A DNA stretch of 64,000 nt from Nitrospirota bacterium (GTDB taxonomy: Bacteria; Nitrospirota; Thermodesulfovibrionia; Thermodesulfovibrionales; Dissulfurispiraceae): positions 32,001 to 96,000 of the forward strand of contig JBFLWF010000002.1 of the NCBI GenBank assembly GCA_040758355.1, read 5' to 3'. The notes below the pieces were generated by a model that saw only the letters and a list, made by a program, of their open reading frames with translations, was not told where the DNA came from and made no database searches. Shown here one piece after another: positions 28,221 to 37,964 of this stretch. Within the stretch, counting starts at the first letter, position 1; each line of letters opens with the position of its first letter. A program made the translations under genes and the position numbers.

Positions 28221-28871
28221 ATGGGTAAGGTAATCGCCATAGATGGGCCATCAGGCGCAGGAAAAAGCACAATATCAAGGCTTGTTGCTGAGAAGCTGGG
28301 TTTTCAGTTTCTCGATACAGGCGCATTGTATCGCGCCACGGCGCTGCATTTAAGGAGAAAGGCAATTGAGCCGGAAAGCCATGACAGCGAAATCCTTAAT
28401 GCGCTTAACGGCGTCACCATAAACTTTAAAAATGGCTGTGTCTTCTTAAACGGCGAGGATGTCTCAGAGGAGATAAGGACAACCGAGGCAGGCCATTATG
28501 CATCCGTCTTTTCGGCTAAGAAAGCTGTAAGAGATTTCCTGCTCCAGATCCAGCGTGATGCTGCTATTGAAAACGATATTGTGGCAGAGGGCAGGGATAT
28601 GACGACTGTCGTATTTCCCTCTGCATGGAAGAAGTTTTTCCTCGATGCCTCTGAGGAAGGAAGGGCAAGAAGGCGTTATCTTCAGTTAAAGGAAAAAGGC
28701 ATGGGTATAACAATGGAAGAGGCATTGAGGGACGTGCAGGAGAGGGACAAAAGGGACAGCAGCAGGGATATTGCTCCGCTTAAAAGGGCTGATGATGCCA
28801 TTTATATAGACACCACTGATTTGAATCTCGAAGAGGTTCTAAAAAAGGTATTGGAGGCAATAGGCAATTAA
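28221..28871 (+). CDS. cmk: Cytidylate kinase
   Basis: IDGPSGAGKST, DTGALYRA, AEGRDM, RDKRDSSR. Confidence 0.95.
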   Translation: MGKVIAIDGPSGAGKSTISRLVAEKLGFQFLDTGALYRATALHLRRKAIEPESHDSEILNALNGVTINFKNGCVFLNGEDVSEEIRTTEAGHYASVFSAKKAVRDFLLQIQRDAAIENDIVAEGRDMTTVVFPSAWKKFFLDASEEGRARRRYLQLKEKGMGITMEEALRDVQERDKRDSSRDIAPLKRADDAIYIDTTDLNLEEVLKKVLEAIGN

Positions 28872-28908
28872 AATCCTTCATCTTCTTATCCGGCCTGTAG
28901 CCTATCTC

Positions 28909-29472
28909 TTGTTCAAGGTATTTTTCGGGCTCAAGGTTTACGGCCCGGAATTTATTCCTGAAAAGGGCGGTGTGATAATCGCTGCCAATCATGTAAGCTT
29001 CCTCGACCCTCCTCTTCTTGGGGTAGTTTTAAAGAGAAGGGCGACCTTTATCGCAAAAAGGTATCTCTTTTCTGTGCCGATCATAGGGCATATAGTGAAG
29101 CTTTATTCCATTCCTGTTGATGCTGGCAGGACACGGCCTTCAACCATAAAGGAGGCGGTGAAGAGGCTTAAGATGGGAGAATTGGTCGTTATATTTCCTG
29201 AAGGGGGAATAAACCTGAATGGAAGTTTTATCGACGCAAAGAGGGGGATAGGACTGATTGCTGCTATGAGCGGCGCCTACATAGTCCCCGCCTTTATTGA
29301 CGGTACGCAGAGGGCGCTGCCTGTTGGTTCGAAGTTTTTGCGGCCAGCGAAAATAGAGTTGCATTTCGGGCATCCTTTAAAATTAGAAGAAAACGAGGAT
29401 GCAAAGGAGTTTGAGGAAAGGATATGCATGGATATAATGGGCAAAATAAAGGCATTGTCCTCTTGCCTATAG
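28909..29472 (+). CDS. plsC: 1-acyl-sn-glycerol-3-phosphate acyltransferase (start may be ~14 codons upstream)
   Basis: NHVSFLD, FPEG. Confidence 0.88.
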   Translation: MFKVFFGLKVYGPEFIPEKGGVIIAANHVSFLDPPLLGVVLKRRATFIAKRYLFSVPIIGHIVKLYSIPVDAGRTRPSTIKEAVKRLKMGELVVIFPEGGINLNGSFIDAKRGIGLIAAMSGAYIVPAFIDGTQRALPVGSKFLRPAKIELHFGHPLKLEENEDAKEFEERICMDIMGKIKALSSCL

Positions 29473-29508
29473 CCTGTTCAATCCTGTATCCTATATCTGG
29501 ATTGTATT

Positions 29509-30384
29509 ATGGGTACCGGTCTTAAAATAATTACCGCGAAACGGGCAGGCTTCTGCTTCGGTGTAAAAAGGGCTGTTGACATGGCCTTTGATGCTGCCCA
29601 TAAAAACGGCCAAAAAGATGATAAAGAATGCTGCGATGTATATACCCTCGGCCCCGTCATCCACAACCCTCAGGTGATAGAGAAACTGAAGTCAGAAGGC
29701 GTACAGCCCACAGACGATATAGACAACCCAAAGATAAAAACCATTATAATAAGGACTCACGGCGTCCAGCAGGAAGTATCGGACAAACTGTCCAAAAAGG
29801 GATATAAAGTGGTGGATGCCACATGTCCCTTTGTTAAAAAGGCGCAGCAATATGCTAAACTCCTGAAGGAAGACGGCTATCAGGTTATTATCATTGGAGA
29901 TAAGGATCATCCGGAGGTCAAGGGCTTGATGAGCTATGCGGGTGAAGATGTGGTCGTTGTTAATAAAGACGACGGCTTGCCTCATCTTAAAAGCAGGGTC
30001 GGGTTTGTCGTGCAGACAACGCAGCCTCTGAGCGTCCTGAAGAAATTTATATCCGAGGCAGTAGAGCAGGTAAAGGAGATGAAGGTGTTCAATACCATTT
30101 GCAATTCCACCGCACTGAGGCTTAAAGAGACCAAGGAGATGGCAGGGAAGGTGGATGTGATGATCGTTGTGGGCGGCAAAAACAGCGCCAACACAACCCA
30201 GCTTGCCCAGTTATGTAATTCCATGTCTATTCCAGCGTACCATATAGAGACGGCTTCGGAGATAAAGGACGAATGGTTTTCAAATGCAGATAAAGTCGGA
30301 ATAACTGCAGGGGCATCGACCCCTGATTGGATCATAAAAGATGTGGAAAAAAGAATTAGGGATATAGGAGGAGAGGGATCGTAA
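29509..30384 (+). CDS. ispH: 4-hydroxy-3-methylbut-2-enyl diphosphate reductase
   Basis: GFCFGV, HN, DATCP, HPEV, TICNST, SAN, TAGASTP. Confidence 0.95.
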   Translation: MGTGLKIITAKRAGFCFGVKRAVDMAFDAAHKNGQKDDKECCDVYTLGPVIHNPQVIEKLKSEGVQPTDDIDNPKIKTIIIRTHGVQQEVSDKLSKKGYKVVDATCPFVKKAQQYAKLLKEDGYQVIIIGDKDHPEVKGLMSYAGEDVVVVNKDDGLPHLKSRVGFVVQTTQPLSVLKKFISEAVEQVKEMKVFNTICNSTALRLKETKEMAGKVDVMIVVGGKNSANTTQLAQLCNSMSIPAYHIETASEIKDEWFSNADKVGITAGASTPDWIIKDVEKRIRDIGGEGS

Positions 30385-31997
30385 TGGAAACACAAACAAA
30401 GGAAGAAACAAAAGACCTTGAGAAGCTCTATGCCGAGACGCTGCATAGAGTAGAAAGGGGAGGCATCACAAAGGGCAAAATCATTGCGGTGAAGAGCGAT
30501 GTCGTGGTGGTGGATGTGGGGTACAAGTCAGAGGGGATAATTCCTGTTGCCGAGTTTACCGAAGATGAGCTTTCGAACTTAAAAGAGGGCGATAACGTAG
30601 AGGTATTTGTAGAAAGGATAAACGACCAGGAAGGTGTTGTAATTCTTTCCAGGGACAGGGCATCAAAGATAAGGACATGGGAGATGTTGACCGAGGCGCA
30701 CAGCAGCAATGTCAGGGTGGAAGGAAGAGTGGTTGGAAAGACAAAAGGAGGATTGTTTGTTGATATAAAGGGCATAAAGGCATTTCTTCCGTCTTCGCAG
30801 ATAGATATCAAGGCGGTTAAAGACATAGATTCTTATATAGGACAAACTATGGCCGTGAGAATACTCAAGATAACGCCGCCGAGGGGGTATGCCAATGTTC
30901 TCAGTAATCAGGCATCGGTGATTGTATCCCGGAGGGCTGTGATGGAGGAAGAGAGGCATGTAAGAAAGGAAGAGACGCTTAAACTGCTGAAAGAGGGTGC
31001 TCTACTGAAAGGCATTGTAAAAAATATTACCGATTACGGCGTATTTGTCGACCTCGGCGGCATCGACGGTCTTCTTCATATATCGGACATATCATGGAGA
31101 AGGGTTAATCACCCTTCGGAATTCTTCTCTGTAGGCGACGAGAGGGAGTTTGTTGTACTTAAATACGACGAGGGTACTGAGAAGGTTACACTCGGGTACA
31201 AGCAGAAAAAGCAGGATCCGTGGATTTCTGTGGAAGATAAGTATAAAGCCGGGATGAAGCTCAAAGGGAAGGTTGTAAGCATAACGGATTATGGTGTTTT
31301 TGTTGAGATAGAGGAAGGACTCGAAGGCCTTATCCATGTATCGGAACTGGATTGGGCCCCGAGGCCAAAGCATCCTTCAAAATATGTCTCCGGCGGAGAC
31401 GAGGTAGAGGCAGCAGTTATCAATGTCAATAAGGACGAGAGAAAATTATCCCTTACCATCAAGCAGTTGAAGCCCAGGCCGTGGGACCTTGTAGGCCAAA
31501 ATTACAAGGTCGGACAGAGGATAACCGGAAAGGTAAAGACTGTCACCGATTTCGGCGCCTTTGTGAGGCTCCCGGAGGGTGTTGACGGGCTTATACATAT
31601 TTCGGACCTGTCATGGATAAAGCACATAAAGCATCCGTCAGAGGTATTGAAAAAGGGCCAGAAGATCGATGCTGTCATCCTCGGCCTTGAGCCTGATAAA
31701 GAAAGGATGGCCCTTGGAATAAAACAGATGACCCCGGACCCATGGCAGAGCGAAATCCCGGCAAAATTCAGGCTCGGGGATGAGTTCAAGGGAAAGGTGT
31801 TAAGGATTACTGACTTTGGGATTTTTGTAGAGCTTGAAGGAGGAGTGGAAGGACTCGTTTATTCGTCAGAGGTGGATGCCTCCATGGAAATTAAAGAGGG
31901 CGATGAAATATGGGTGAGGATTATAAAGGTGAATGTGGAGGAAAGAAAAATAGGTCTCAGTATGAAGAACCTGAAAAGTGCAGCAGTGGAGCGATGA
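30384..31997 (+). CDS. rpsA: 30S ribosomal protein S1
   Basis: Multiple S1 domains (DYGVFVDLGGIDGLLHISD etc.). Confidence 0.95.
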   Translation: METQTKEETKDLEKLYAETLHRVERGGITKGKIIAVKSDVVVVDVGYKSEGIIPVAEFTEDELSNLKEGDNVEVFVERINDQEGVVILSRDRASKIRTWEMLTEAHSSNVRVEGRVVGKTKGGLFVDIKGIKAFLPSSQIDIKAVKDIDSYIGQTMAVRILKITPPRGYANVLSNQASVIVSRRAVMEEERHVRKEETLKLLKEGALLKGIVKNITDYGVFVDLGGIDGLLHISDISWRRVNHPSEFFSVGDEREFVVLKYDEGTEKVTLGYKQKKQDPWISVEDKYKAGMKLKGKVVSITDYGVFVEIEEGLEGLIHVSELDWAPRPKHPSKYVSGGDEVEAAVINVNKDERKLSLTIKQLKPRPWDLVGQNYKVGQRITGKVKTVTDFGAFVRLPEGVDGLIHISDLSWIKHIKHPSEVLKKGQKIDAVILGLEPDKERMALGIKQMTPDPWQSEIPAKFRLGDEFKGKVLRITDFGIFVELEGGVEGLVYSSEVDASMEIKEGDEIWVRIIKVNVEERKIGLSMKNLKSAAVER

Positions 31998-32000
31998 GTA

Positions 32001-32855
32001 ATGAAGGTTAAGAAGACCTGCATTTTCATAATACTATTTTTGGTGATTCTAATAGCCATCAGCGCCCTCTTTACGTTTTTTCAGAAAGAGGTCCCGCTGA
32101 AGGAAAAAGTGGCGCTGGTTAATGTTGAGGGGCCTATACTCCAGGCAAAGCACACGGTGGATGAAATCAAGGACTATGTAAAGGACAAATCCATAAAGGC
32201 CATAGTCCTGAGGGTTGACAGCCCTGGAGGAGGCGTTGTCCCTTCTCAGGAGATATACGAAGAGGTCAGGAAGGCTGCTGCCCAGAAAAAGGTCATCGTA
32301 TCCATGGGCTCTGTTGCAGCCTCGGGAGGCTACTACATATCGGCCCCTGCGAGCAGGATTATCGCAAATCCAGGCACTATAACAGGCTCCATAGGTGTAA
32401 TCATGGAGGTTCCGAACATTAAGGGTCTTATGGATAAGATCGGAGTAAAGACCGAGGTCATAAAGAGCGGAAAACATAAGGATATAGCTTCTGTATTCAG
32501 GGAAATGGGGAGCGAAGAGAAGGAAATAATACAGGGAGTGATGAACGACGTCCATGAACAGTTTATCAAGGCCGTATCCGACGGAAGGAGAATCCCCATC
32601 GAGGATGTAAGGAAGATAGCAGATGGGAGAATATTCTCAGGGAATCAGGCAGCAAAGATCGGCCTTGTGGACGAGATCGGAGACCTTGAATATGCAATCA
32701 AGGCAGCAGCAAAAATGGCCGGCATAAAGGGCGAGCCTGATGTGGTAACAAAGAAAGAAAAATCTCCTCTTCTTGAACTGCTTAACGGAAAGATTTCTGA
32801 AAGTGTTTCGAAGGTTGTTCCTAAAATAGAACTGAAATATATGTATATGCCATAG
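32001..32855 (+). CDS. sppA: Signal peptide peptidase (S49)
   Basis: DSPGG, AASGGY, TGSIGV, DGRIF. Confidence 0.92.
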   Translation: MKVKKTCIFIILFLVILIAISALFTFFQKEVPLKEKVALVNVEGPILQAKHTVDEIKDYVKDKSIKAIVLRVDSPGGGVVPSQEIYEEVRKAAAQKKVIVSMGSVAASGGYYISAPASRIIANPGTITGSIGVIMEVPNIKGLMDKIGVKTEVIKSGKHKDIASVFREMGSEEKEIIQGVMNDVHEQFIKAVSDGRRIPIEDVRKIADGRIFSGNQAAKIGLVDEIGDLEYAIKAAAKMAGIKGEPDVVTKKEKSPLLELLNGKISESVSKVVPKIELKYMYMP

Positions 32856-32931
32856 AAAAGTAATAAGCACTAAATCCAAAATTCAAATTTCGAAATTAGG
32901 ATTTGGAATTTGTTTTAATAGGAGGTATTTT

Positions 32932-33219
32932 ATGACAAGATCGGTCTTAATAGAGAAGGTGACGGAAAGGCTGGAAGGGCTTACCAAGAAACAGGTGGAG
33001 ACGATTATCAACACGATCTTTGACGGTATGAAAGATGCCCTTGCACGTGGAGAAAAGATAGAGATAAGGGGCTTCGGGAACTTCAGGCTTAAACAGAGGA
33101 ATGCAAAGACAGCGAGAAATCCGAGGACTGGAGAAAAGGTTCAGGTGCCTGCCAAGCAGGTGCTGCACTTCAAGGTCGGCAAGCCGTTCCATAATGCACT
33201 CAACTCAGCTAATGAGTAG
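32932..33219 (+). CDS. ihfB: IHF-beta/HU family DNA-binding protein
   Basis: IEIRGFGNF, ARNPRTG; rpsA-sppA-ihfB synteny. Confidence 0.85.
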   Translation: MTRSVLIEKVTERLEGLTKKQVETIINTIFDGMKDALARGEKIEIRGFGNFRLKQRNAKTARNPRTGEKVQVPAKQVLHFKVGKPFHNALNSANE

Positions 33220-33265
33220 ATGAGTAGATGGGTACACCATTTACTCATTCACCCATTTACTCATA

Positions 33266-33709
33266 ATGAAGAGAAGGGATTTTCTAAAGAGGGCAATAAA
33301 GGTTTTTTTCTCGATCCTTGCTGTTTCCATTTTATCTGTTCTTGCCTATATATATCCCTCAAATATTAAAAAGAGAAAGCTACATTATATGTACCTCATG
33401 GATGAGGATGACCTGCCGAGGAGGGGTGTAAGGAAAATAGAATTCGAATATAAGCTTGAAGACAGGGCAATCACCAATCGGGTTTTTGTCGTTGCCGGCA
33501 ATGACGTATTGACTGCATTTTCACCGGTGTGCACTCATTTAGGATGCCTGGTGAACTGGGATAACAATAAAAAGGAATTCCTGTGTCCGTGTCACGGCGG
33601 CAAGTATAATATGAACGGCGAAGTGATTGCAGGGCCTCCTCCGAAGCCTTTGACGAGGCTGCCGCTTGAGATTAAGGACGGAAAAGTTTATGTTGGTATT
33701 AAGACATAA
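33266..33709 (+). CDS. Rieske [2Fe-2S] subunit of a bc/b6f-type complex
   Basis: Tat motif RRDFL, CTHLGC, CPCHG. Confidence 0.92.
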   Translation: MKRRDFLKRAIKVFFSILAVSILSVLAYIYPSNIKKRKLHYMYLMDEDDLPRRGVRKIEFEYKLEDRAITNRVFVVAGNDVLTAFSPVCTHLGCLVNWDNNKKEFLCPCHGGKYNMNGEVIAGPPPKPLTRLPLEIKDGKVYVGIKT

Positions 33710-33724
33710 GGCCGAGCAATTTTA

Positions 33725-33776
33725 TATATGTCAGGCACTACTCCAAGACGCCTCTTTTCGCAGCACCTGACATATA
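33725..33776. repeat. Palindromic element; internally deleted relative of 43779-43944
   Basis: TATATGTCAGGCACTACTCCAAGA...TCTTTTCGCAGCACCTGACATATA. Confidence 0.7.
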
Positions 33777-33788
33777 TTTTTTAGCATT

Positions 33789-34436
33789 ATGGGTAAAATC
33801 TTCGATTGGATAGACAGCCGTTTCGGCGTGAAGGAGCCTCACAAGAGGTTTATGCAGAGGCCTGTGCCTTCAAATGTCAATTACTCCTACTGCCTCGGAG
33901 GCATGGCATTCACGTATTTTCTGATGCTTGCATTTACAGGCCTATTGCTGTCCATATATTATGTGCCATCAGAAAAAGAGGCATTCAAGAGCGTGGTGGC
34001 TATTACAAATGAAGTGACTCTCGGATGGCTTGTTAGAAGTCTCCATAAATGGTCTGCGAATCTCTTTATCATTTTCACAATCCTTCATACCATCAGGGTC
34101 TTTGTGTATAAGGCATACAGACCTCCGAGGGAATTAAACTGGATGGCGGGTGTTTTGGGTTTTGTAATATCAATGGCATCGGGCTTTACAGGCTATCTAT
34201 TGCCGTGGGACCAGAAGGCATACTGGGCAACAGAGGTTGGTACATCAATGTTCGGGACAGTGCCTTTGATAGGCGATTATCTGATGTATGCTGTGAGAGG
34301 CGGACTGGACATCAACGGCACAACACTTATAAGGTTTTACAGTTTTCACGTCCTTTATCTGCCTGTCTCAATGGCGGTGATTCTCTGGGCGCACTTTCAT
34401 ATGGTTAAAAAACAGGGGATAGCTGGAGGACTCTGA
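33789..34436 (+). CDS. Cytochrome b6-like N-terminal subunit
   Basis: YCLGG (heme ci Cys), RSLHKWSA, TGYLLPWDQKAYW, RFYSFHV, AHF. Confidence 0.92.
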   Translation: MGKIFDWIDSRFGVKEPHKRFMQRPVPSNVNYSYCLGGMAFTYFLMLAFTGLLLSIYYVPSEKEAFKSVVAITNEVTLGWLVRSLHKWSANLFIIFTILHTIRVFVYKAYRPPRELNWMAGVLGFVISMASGFTGYLLPWDQKAYWATEVGTSMFGTVPLIGDYLMYAVRGGLDINGTTLIRFYSFHVLYLPVSMAVILWAHFHMVKKQGIAGGL

Positions 34437-34469
34437 GAAATTCAGTGGAGTGATGGAGTATCGGGAGTA

Positions 34470-34892
34470 ATGGGGGAACAGAAAAAAGATAAGAAATTCC
34501 AACCTGATTATCTTTTAGAAATGATCAGGAAAAAAGATAAGAAATTCTATCCTGATTATCTTTCGGAAATAATAGTCGCTATCTTAGTTGCTTCAGAAAT
34601 CTTGATAATTTTGGCACTGCTTTATTATCCTTCCATCGGAAGGCAGATAGACTTTACAAGGCCTTTTCAGCCAAAACCCGAATGGTATTTCCTCTGGCTT
34701 TACCAGCTTGTGAGGTATTTCCCGGGCAAAAGCGCATTTATAGGTACGGTGGCGATTCCGGTAGTTTCAGTGCTTTTGCTGCTATTGATTCCATACATTG
34801 ATAGGGGTAGAAATGGAAGATTAAAGGCAATGGCCGTTGGGACTATTCTATTGCTTATGCTTGTGGTTCTTACACTGCTCGGTGTTATATAA
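34470..34892 (+). CDS. Cytochrome b C-terminal/subunit IV-like protein
   Basis: KPEWYFLWLYQ, PYID; duplicated N-terminal segment. Confidence 0.85.
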   Translation: MGEQKKDKKFQPDYLLEMIRKKDKKFYPDYLSEIIVAILVASEILIILALLYYPSIGRQIDFTRPFQPKPEWYFLWLYQLVRYFPGKSAFIGTVAIPVVSVLLLLLIPYIDRGRNGRLKAMAVGTILLLMLVVLTLLGVI

Positions 34893-34900
34893 GTATGCTG

Positions 34901-35119
34901 TCAGGCCGTAACAGCACGGACATTAGATGGTAGCCTGCTAAGAATCAGTTCTTTGAGTTGAACTTTTATGCTGGCATTGTCAATGTCAATGCCTACTAAA
35001 TTACCCTCGGCATCATAATCGAGCACGATACCCTCAGAAATTTCTTTGCTTTCCACGCTTGTTTTTTCAGAGAGATCAATATAAAGAGAGTCTGTTTCAG
35101 GATAATAATTAAGTTTCAT
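34901..35119 (-). CDS. DUF2283-family putative antitoxin
   Basis: YYPETDSLYI...LDYDAEGNLVGIDI. Confidence 0.85.
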   Translation of the reverse strand: MKLNYYPETDSLYIDLSEKTSVESKEISEGIVLDYDAEGNLVGIDIDNASIKVQLKELILSRLPSNVRAVTA

Positions 35120-35357
35120 GCTTAAACCTCCTATCAGGAAATGCATTGTGAATAGTTAGCTTATCTTCCAAAGTTACAACTCTCAAGATGCGTCCTTCAA
35201 GCTCATCAATTATGCCCCAAAACCGAAAACGATTATGTTCTTGGGGCTCCATCTTAATCGGATTTTCAATTACATGGATGCACCATTCCTTTTTGATATA
35301 TGGCCGCTTCCTAAGCACTTCATTTTCAAAATAAGCCGTAAACTTATAATCGCCCAT
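35109..35357 (-). CDS. Putative RelE-like/DUF4258-type toxin paired with DUF2283
   Basis: Overlaps its partner; RFRFWG...ILRVVTLED..TIHNAFPDR. Confidence 0.65.
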   Translation of the reverse strand: MGDYKFTAYFENEVLRKRPYIKKEWCIHVIENPIKMEPQEHNRFRFWGIIDELEGRILRVVTLEDKLTIHNAFPDRRFKHET

Positions 35358-35469
35358 GTCCTGTAGAAGTATTTTAACTTATTATACATTTTATTGCTCC
35401 TAACTTTTTTAGTTTTTAAATCAGCGGTCATATTGACAACTAATCTGGTAAACCCTTATCATCCTCTGT

Positions 35470-36429
35470 ATGTCCGTTTCGCTTCTTAATATAAACAACC
35501 TCTCTGTATCATTCAAGACAGACAAAGGCCCCATCAAGGTTGTGTCTAACCTTTTTTTTGACATTAAAAAGGCAGAGGTCTTTGGCCTTGTTGGAGAAAG
35601 CGGATGCGGTAAGAGCCTTACTGCCTTGTCCATTTTGGGAATCCTTCCGAACAATGCATTTGCAGAAGGCGAAATCTCGTTTAATAATAAAAATCTTCTG
35701 ACACTCAGAGATGCTGAAATGCGCAATCTGCGCGGCAAGGATATATCAATGATCTTTCAGGAGCCCATGACATCCCTGAATCCTGTTTTAACCATCGGCT
35801 ACCAGATAGCAGAGGCATTGGTTACGCATTTTGGTATATCAAAAAAAGAAGCCATGGACAGGACTGTGGAATTGCTGAAGGCTGTGAAAATACCGTCTCC
35901 TGAATTAAGGATAAAGGACTATCCCCATCAAATGTCAGGCGGAATGAGACAGAGGGTAATGATAGCAATGGCAATTGCATGCAATCCATCTCTTTTAATT
36001 GCCGATGAGCCGACAACCGCCCTTGATGTTACGATACAGGCGCAGATACTGGAGCTCCTTCAAGGATTGAGAAAAGAAAGAGATATGGCTATCCTTTTAA
36101 TAACCCATGACCTGAGCATTATCTCGGAGCAGGCAGACAGGGTTGCCATAATGTATGCAGGAAGGATTATGGAGCTTACCGATGTGGATGAACTTTTCAG
36201 AAACCCACTCCATCCGTACACGCATGGCCTATTGCAATCCCTGCCCGTGGCTAAAGGAGTTGCATTAAAACCCATAACAGGTTTTGTACCTAATCCTGAA
36301 AACCTTCCGGCAGGATGCAAGTTTTCGGACAGATGCTATCTTGCATCTGATGAATGTAGAAGGTCTGAGCCAGAGCTGGTGGAGGTCTCGAAGAATCACC
36401 ACGTGAGATGTATAAAAATCAGGCAGTAG
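35470..36429 (+). CDS. oppD: Peptide ABC transporter ATPase (OppD/DppD)
   Basis: [34 protein letters not shown]-terminal Cys domain. Confidence 0.9.
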   Translation: MSVSLLNINNLSVSFKTDKGPIKVVSNLFFDIKKAEVFGLVGESGCGKSLTALSILGILPNNAFAEGEISFNNKNLLTLRDAEMRNLRGKDISMIFQEPMTSLNPVLTIGYQIAEALVTHFGISKKEAMDRTVELLKAVKIPSPELRIKDYPHQMSGGMRQRVMIAMAIACNPSLLIADEPTTALDVTIQAQILELLQGLRKERDMAILLITHDLSIISEQADRVAIMYAGRIMELTDVDELFRNPLHPYTHGLLQSLPVAKGVALKPITGFVPNPENLPAGCKFSDRCYLASDECRRSEPELVEVSKNHHVRCIKIRQ

Positions 36430-36441
36430 GCGATAGATATT

Positions 36442-37443
36442 ATGGGAAATAATACTATTTTAAAGGTCGATTCCATCAAGAAATATTTTCCGGTAAAAGG
36501 CAGAGGCTTTGGTAAACCGCATAAATGGCTTAAGGCTGTCGATAATGTCAGCTTTGAGGTAAAGAAAGACAGCGTCTTTGCTATCGTTGGCGAGAGCGGA
36601 TGCGGCAAATCAACAATTGCACGGCTTGTGCTGAAGCTGCTTCCGCTCACAGAAGGAAAGATATATTTTAAGGGAGAAGATGTTTCTTATCTTGCAGGCG
36701 ATGCCCTCAAGAAGTTCAGACGCTCCGTGCAGATAGTATTCCAGGACCCATTTGCGTCGTTGAATCCGAGGATGAGGATTATCGATACGTTATCAGAACC
36801 ATTTAAGATACATAAGATAATGCCTAAGAATAAGATGAAAGACAGGGTTGTGAATCTTCTTGAGAAGGTAGGTCTGAATGCGGATGCAGCGAACAGGTAT
36901 CCCCATGAATTCAGCGGAGGACAGAGACAGAGGATATGCATAGCAAGGGCGCTAACTGTTTCGCCTGAACTCATAGTTGCCGATGAGCCGCTGTCGGCCT
37001 TGGATGTATCGATTCAGGCACAGATACTTAATCTGCTACAGGACATTAAAAGAGAATCAGCCATATCATTGATTTTTATAAGCCACGACCTTAAGGTGGT
37101 TCACTATCTGAGCGATGAGGTTGCGGTTATGTACTTGGGGAAGATTGTGGAAAAGGCAAAGACAGAGGACTTATTCAAATCGCCAAAACATCCGTATACA
37201 GAGCTATTACTTTCATCTGCACCTAAAATTAGAGTTCAGAGTGATGAGTCAGGAGTTATGGATAAAGAATCTAAACTCAAAACTCTTAACTCTAAACTCA
37301 TAACCGACGTTCCCAGTCCTATCGATATTCCAACCGGCTGTCCGTTTCATCCAAGGTGTCCCAAGAGGTTTGATATCTGTGATAGGGTAGTGCCCGAGCT
37401 GAAGGATATAGACGGCAGGCTTGTATCATGCCATCTGTATTAA
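36442..37443 (+). CDS. oppF: Peptide ABC transporter ATPase (OppF/DppF)
   Basis: [35 protein letters not shown]; repeat-derived insert at 37230-37304. Confidence 0.9.
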   Translation: MGNNTILKVDSIKKYFPVKGRGFGKPHKWLKAVDNVSFEVKKDSVFAIVGESGCGKSTIARLVLKLLPLTEGKIYFKGEDVSYLAGDALKKFRRSVQIVFQDPFASLNPRMRIIDTLSEPFKIHKIMPKNKMKDRVVNLLEKVGLNADAANRYPHEFSGGQRQRICIARALTVSPELIVADEPLSALDVSIQAQILNLLQDIKRESAISLIFISHDLKVVHYLSDEVAVMYLGKIVEKAKTEDLFKSPKHPYTELLLSSAPKIRVQSDESGVMDKESKLKTLNSKLITDVPSPIDIPTGCPFHPRCPKRFDICDRVVPELKDIDGRLVSCHLY

Positions 37444-37445
37444 TG

Positions 37446-37922
37446 TCAGAGGTTGTCGATATTCTTGAGGGAACTGAACATCATCTCGGCAGTATCCTGT
37501 TTTAGCCTTACCACGGCATCCACTAAGGAAAGGAGCGTGTCTGCATCCATCAATGTCCGTGCTGTTAAAACTATTTTTCTGTCTTGACGGTTTTCGGATA
37601 ACATCCTGATTATTACATCCAGTGCATCTTTGCTCATGTTATTAATGTCGTCGACAATCAATAGAGGTTGTTCGGATTTTACGGAATCGAAATCTCTGAC
37701 ATTATGGAGGACAGTTGCCGAATCATTATACTTGCTGATATTTGATTGAGTATTAATCTCCGATTCGGTGTAATAGTACACATCCCACAATCCTCTGGTT
37801 GACTTAAGAGTTGCAACAGTTTTCCCTGTGCCTTCCCATCCCGATACAAGGATCCTCGCGTGCATTTTTATTATATTTCTCAGGATTTCTTCTTTTGCAG
37901 CGAATGCTATTTGTGGGTCCAT
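37446..37922 (-). CDS. Small P-loop NTPase-like protein
   Basis: ILVSGWEGTGKT (Walker A), LLIVDD (Walker B). Confidence 0.65.
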   Translation of the reverse strand: MDPQIAFAAKEEILRNIIKMHARILVSGWEGTGKTVATLKSTRGLWDVYYYTESEINTQSNISKYNDSATVLHNVRDFDSVKSEQPLLIVDDINNMSKDALDVIIRMLSENRQDRKIVLTARTLMDADTLLSLVDAVVRLKQDTAEMMFSSLKNIDNL

Positions 37923-37964
37923 ATAAAAAGTGTCAAAGTTTCAGAGTGCCGGATACCTTTAAAT

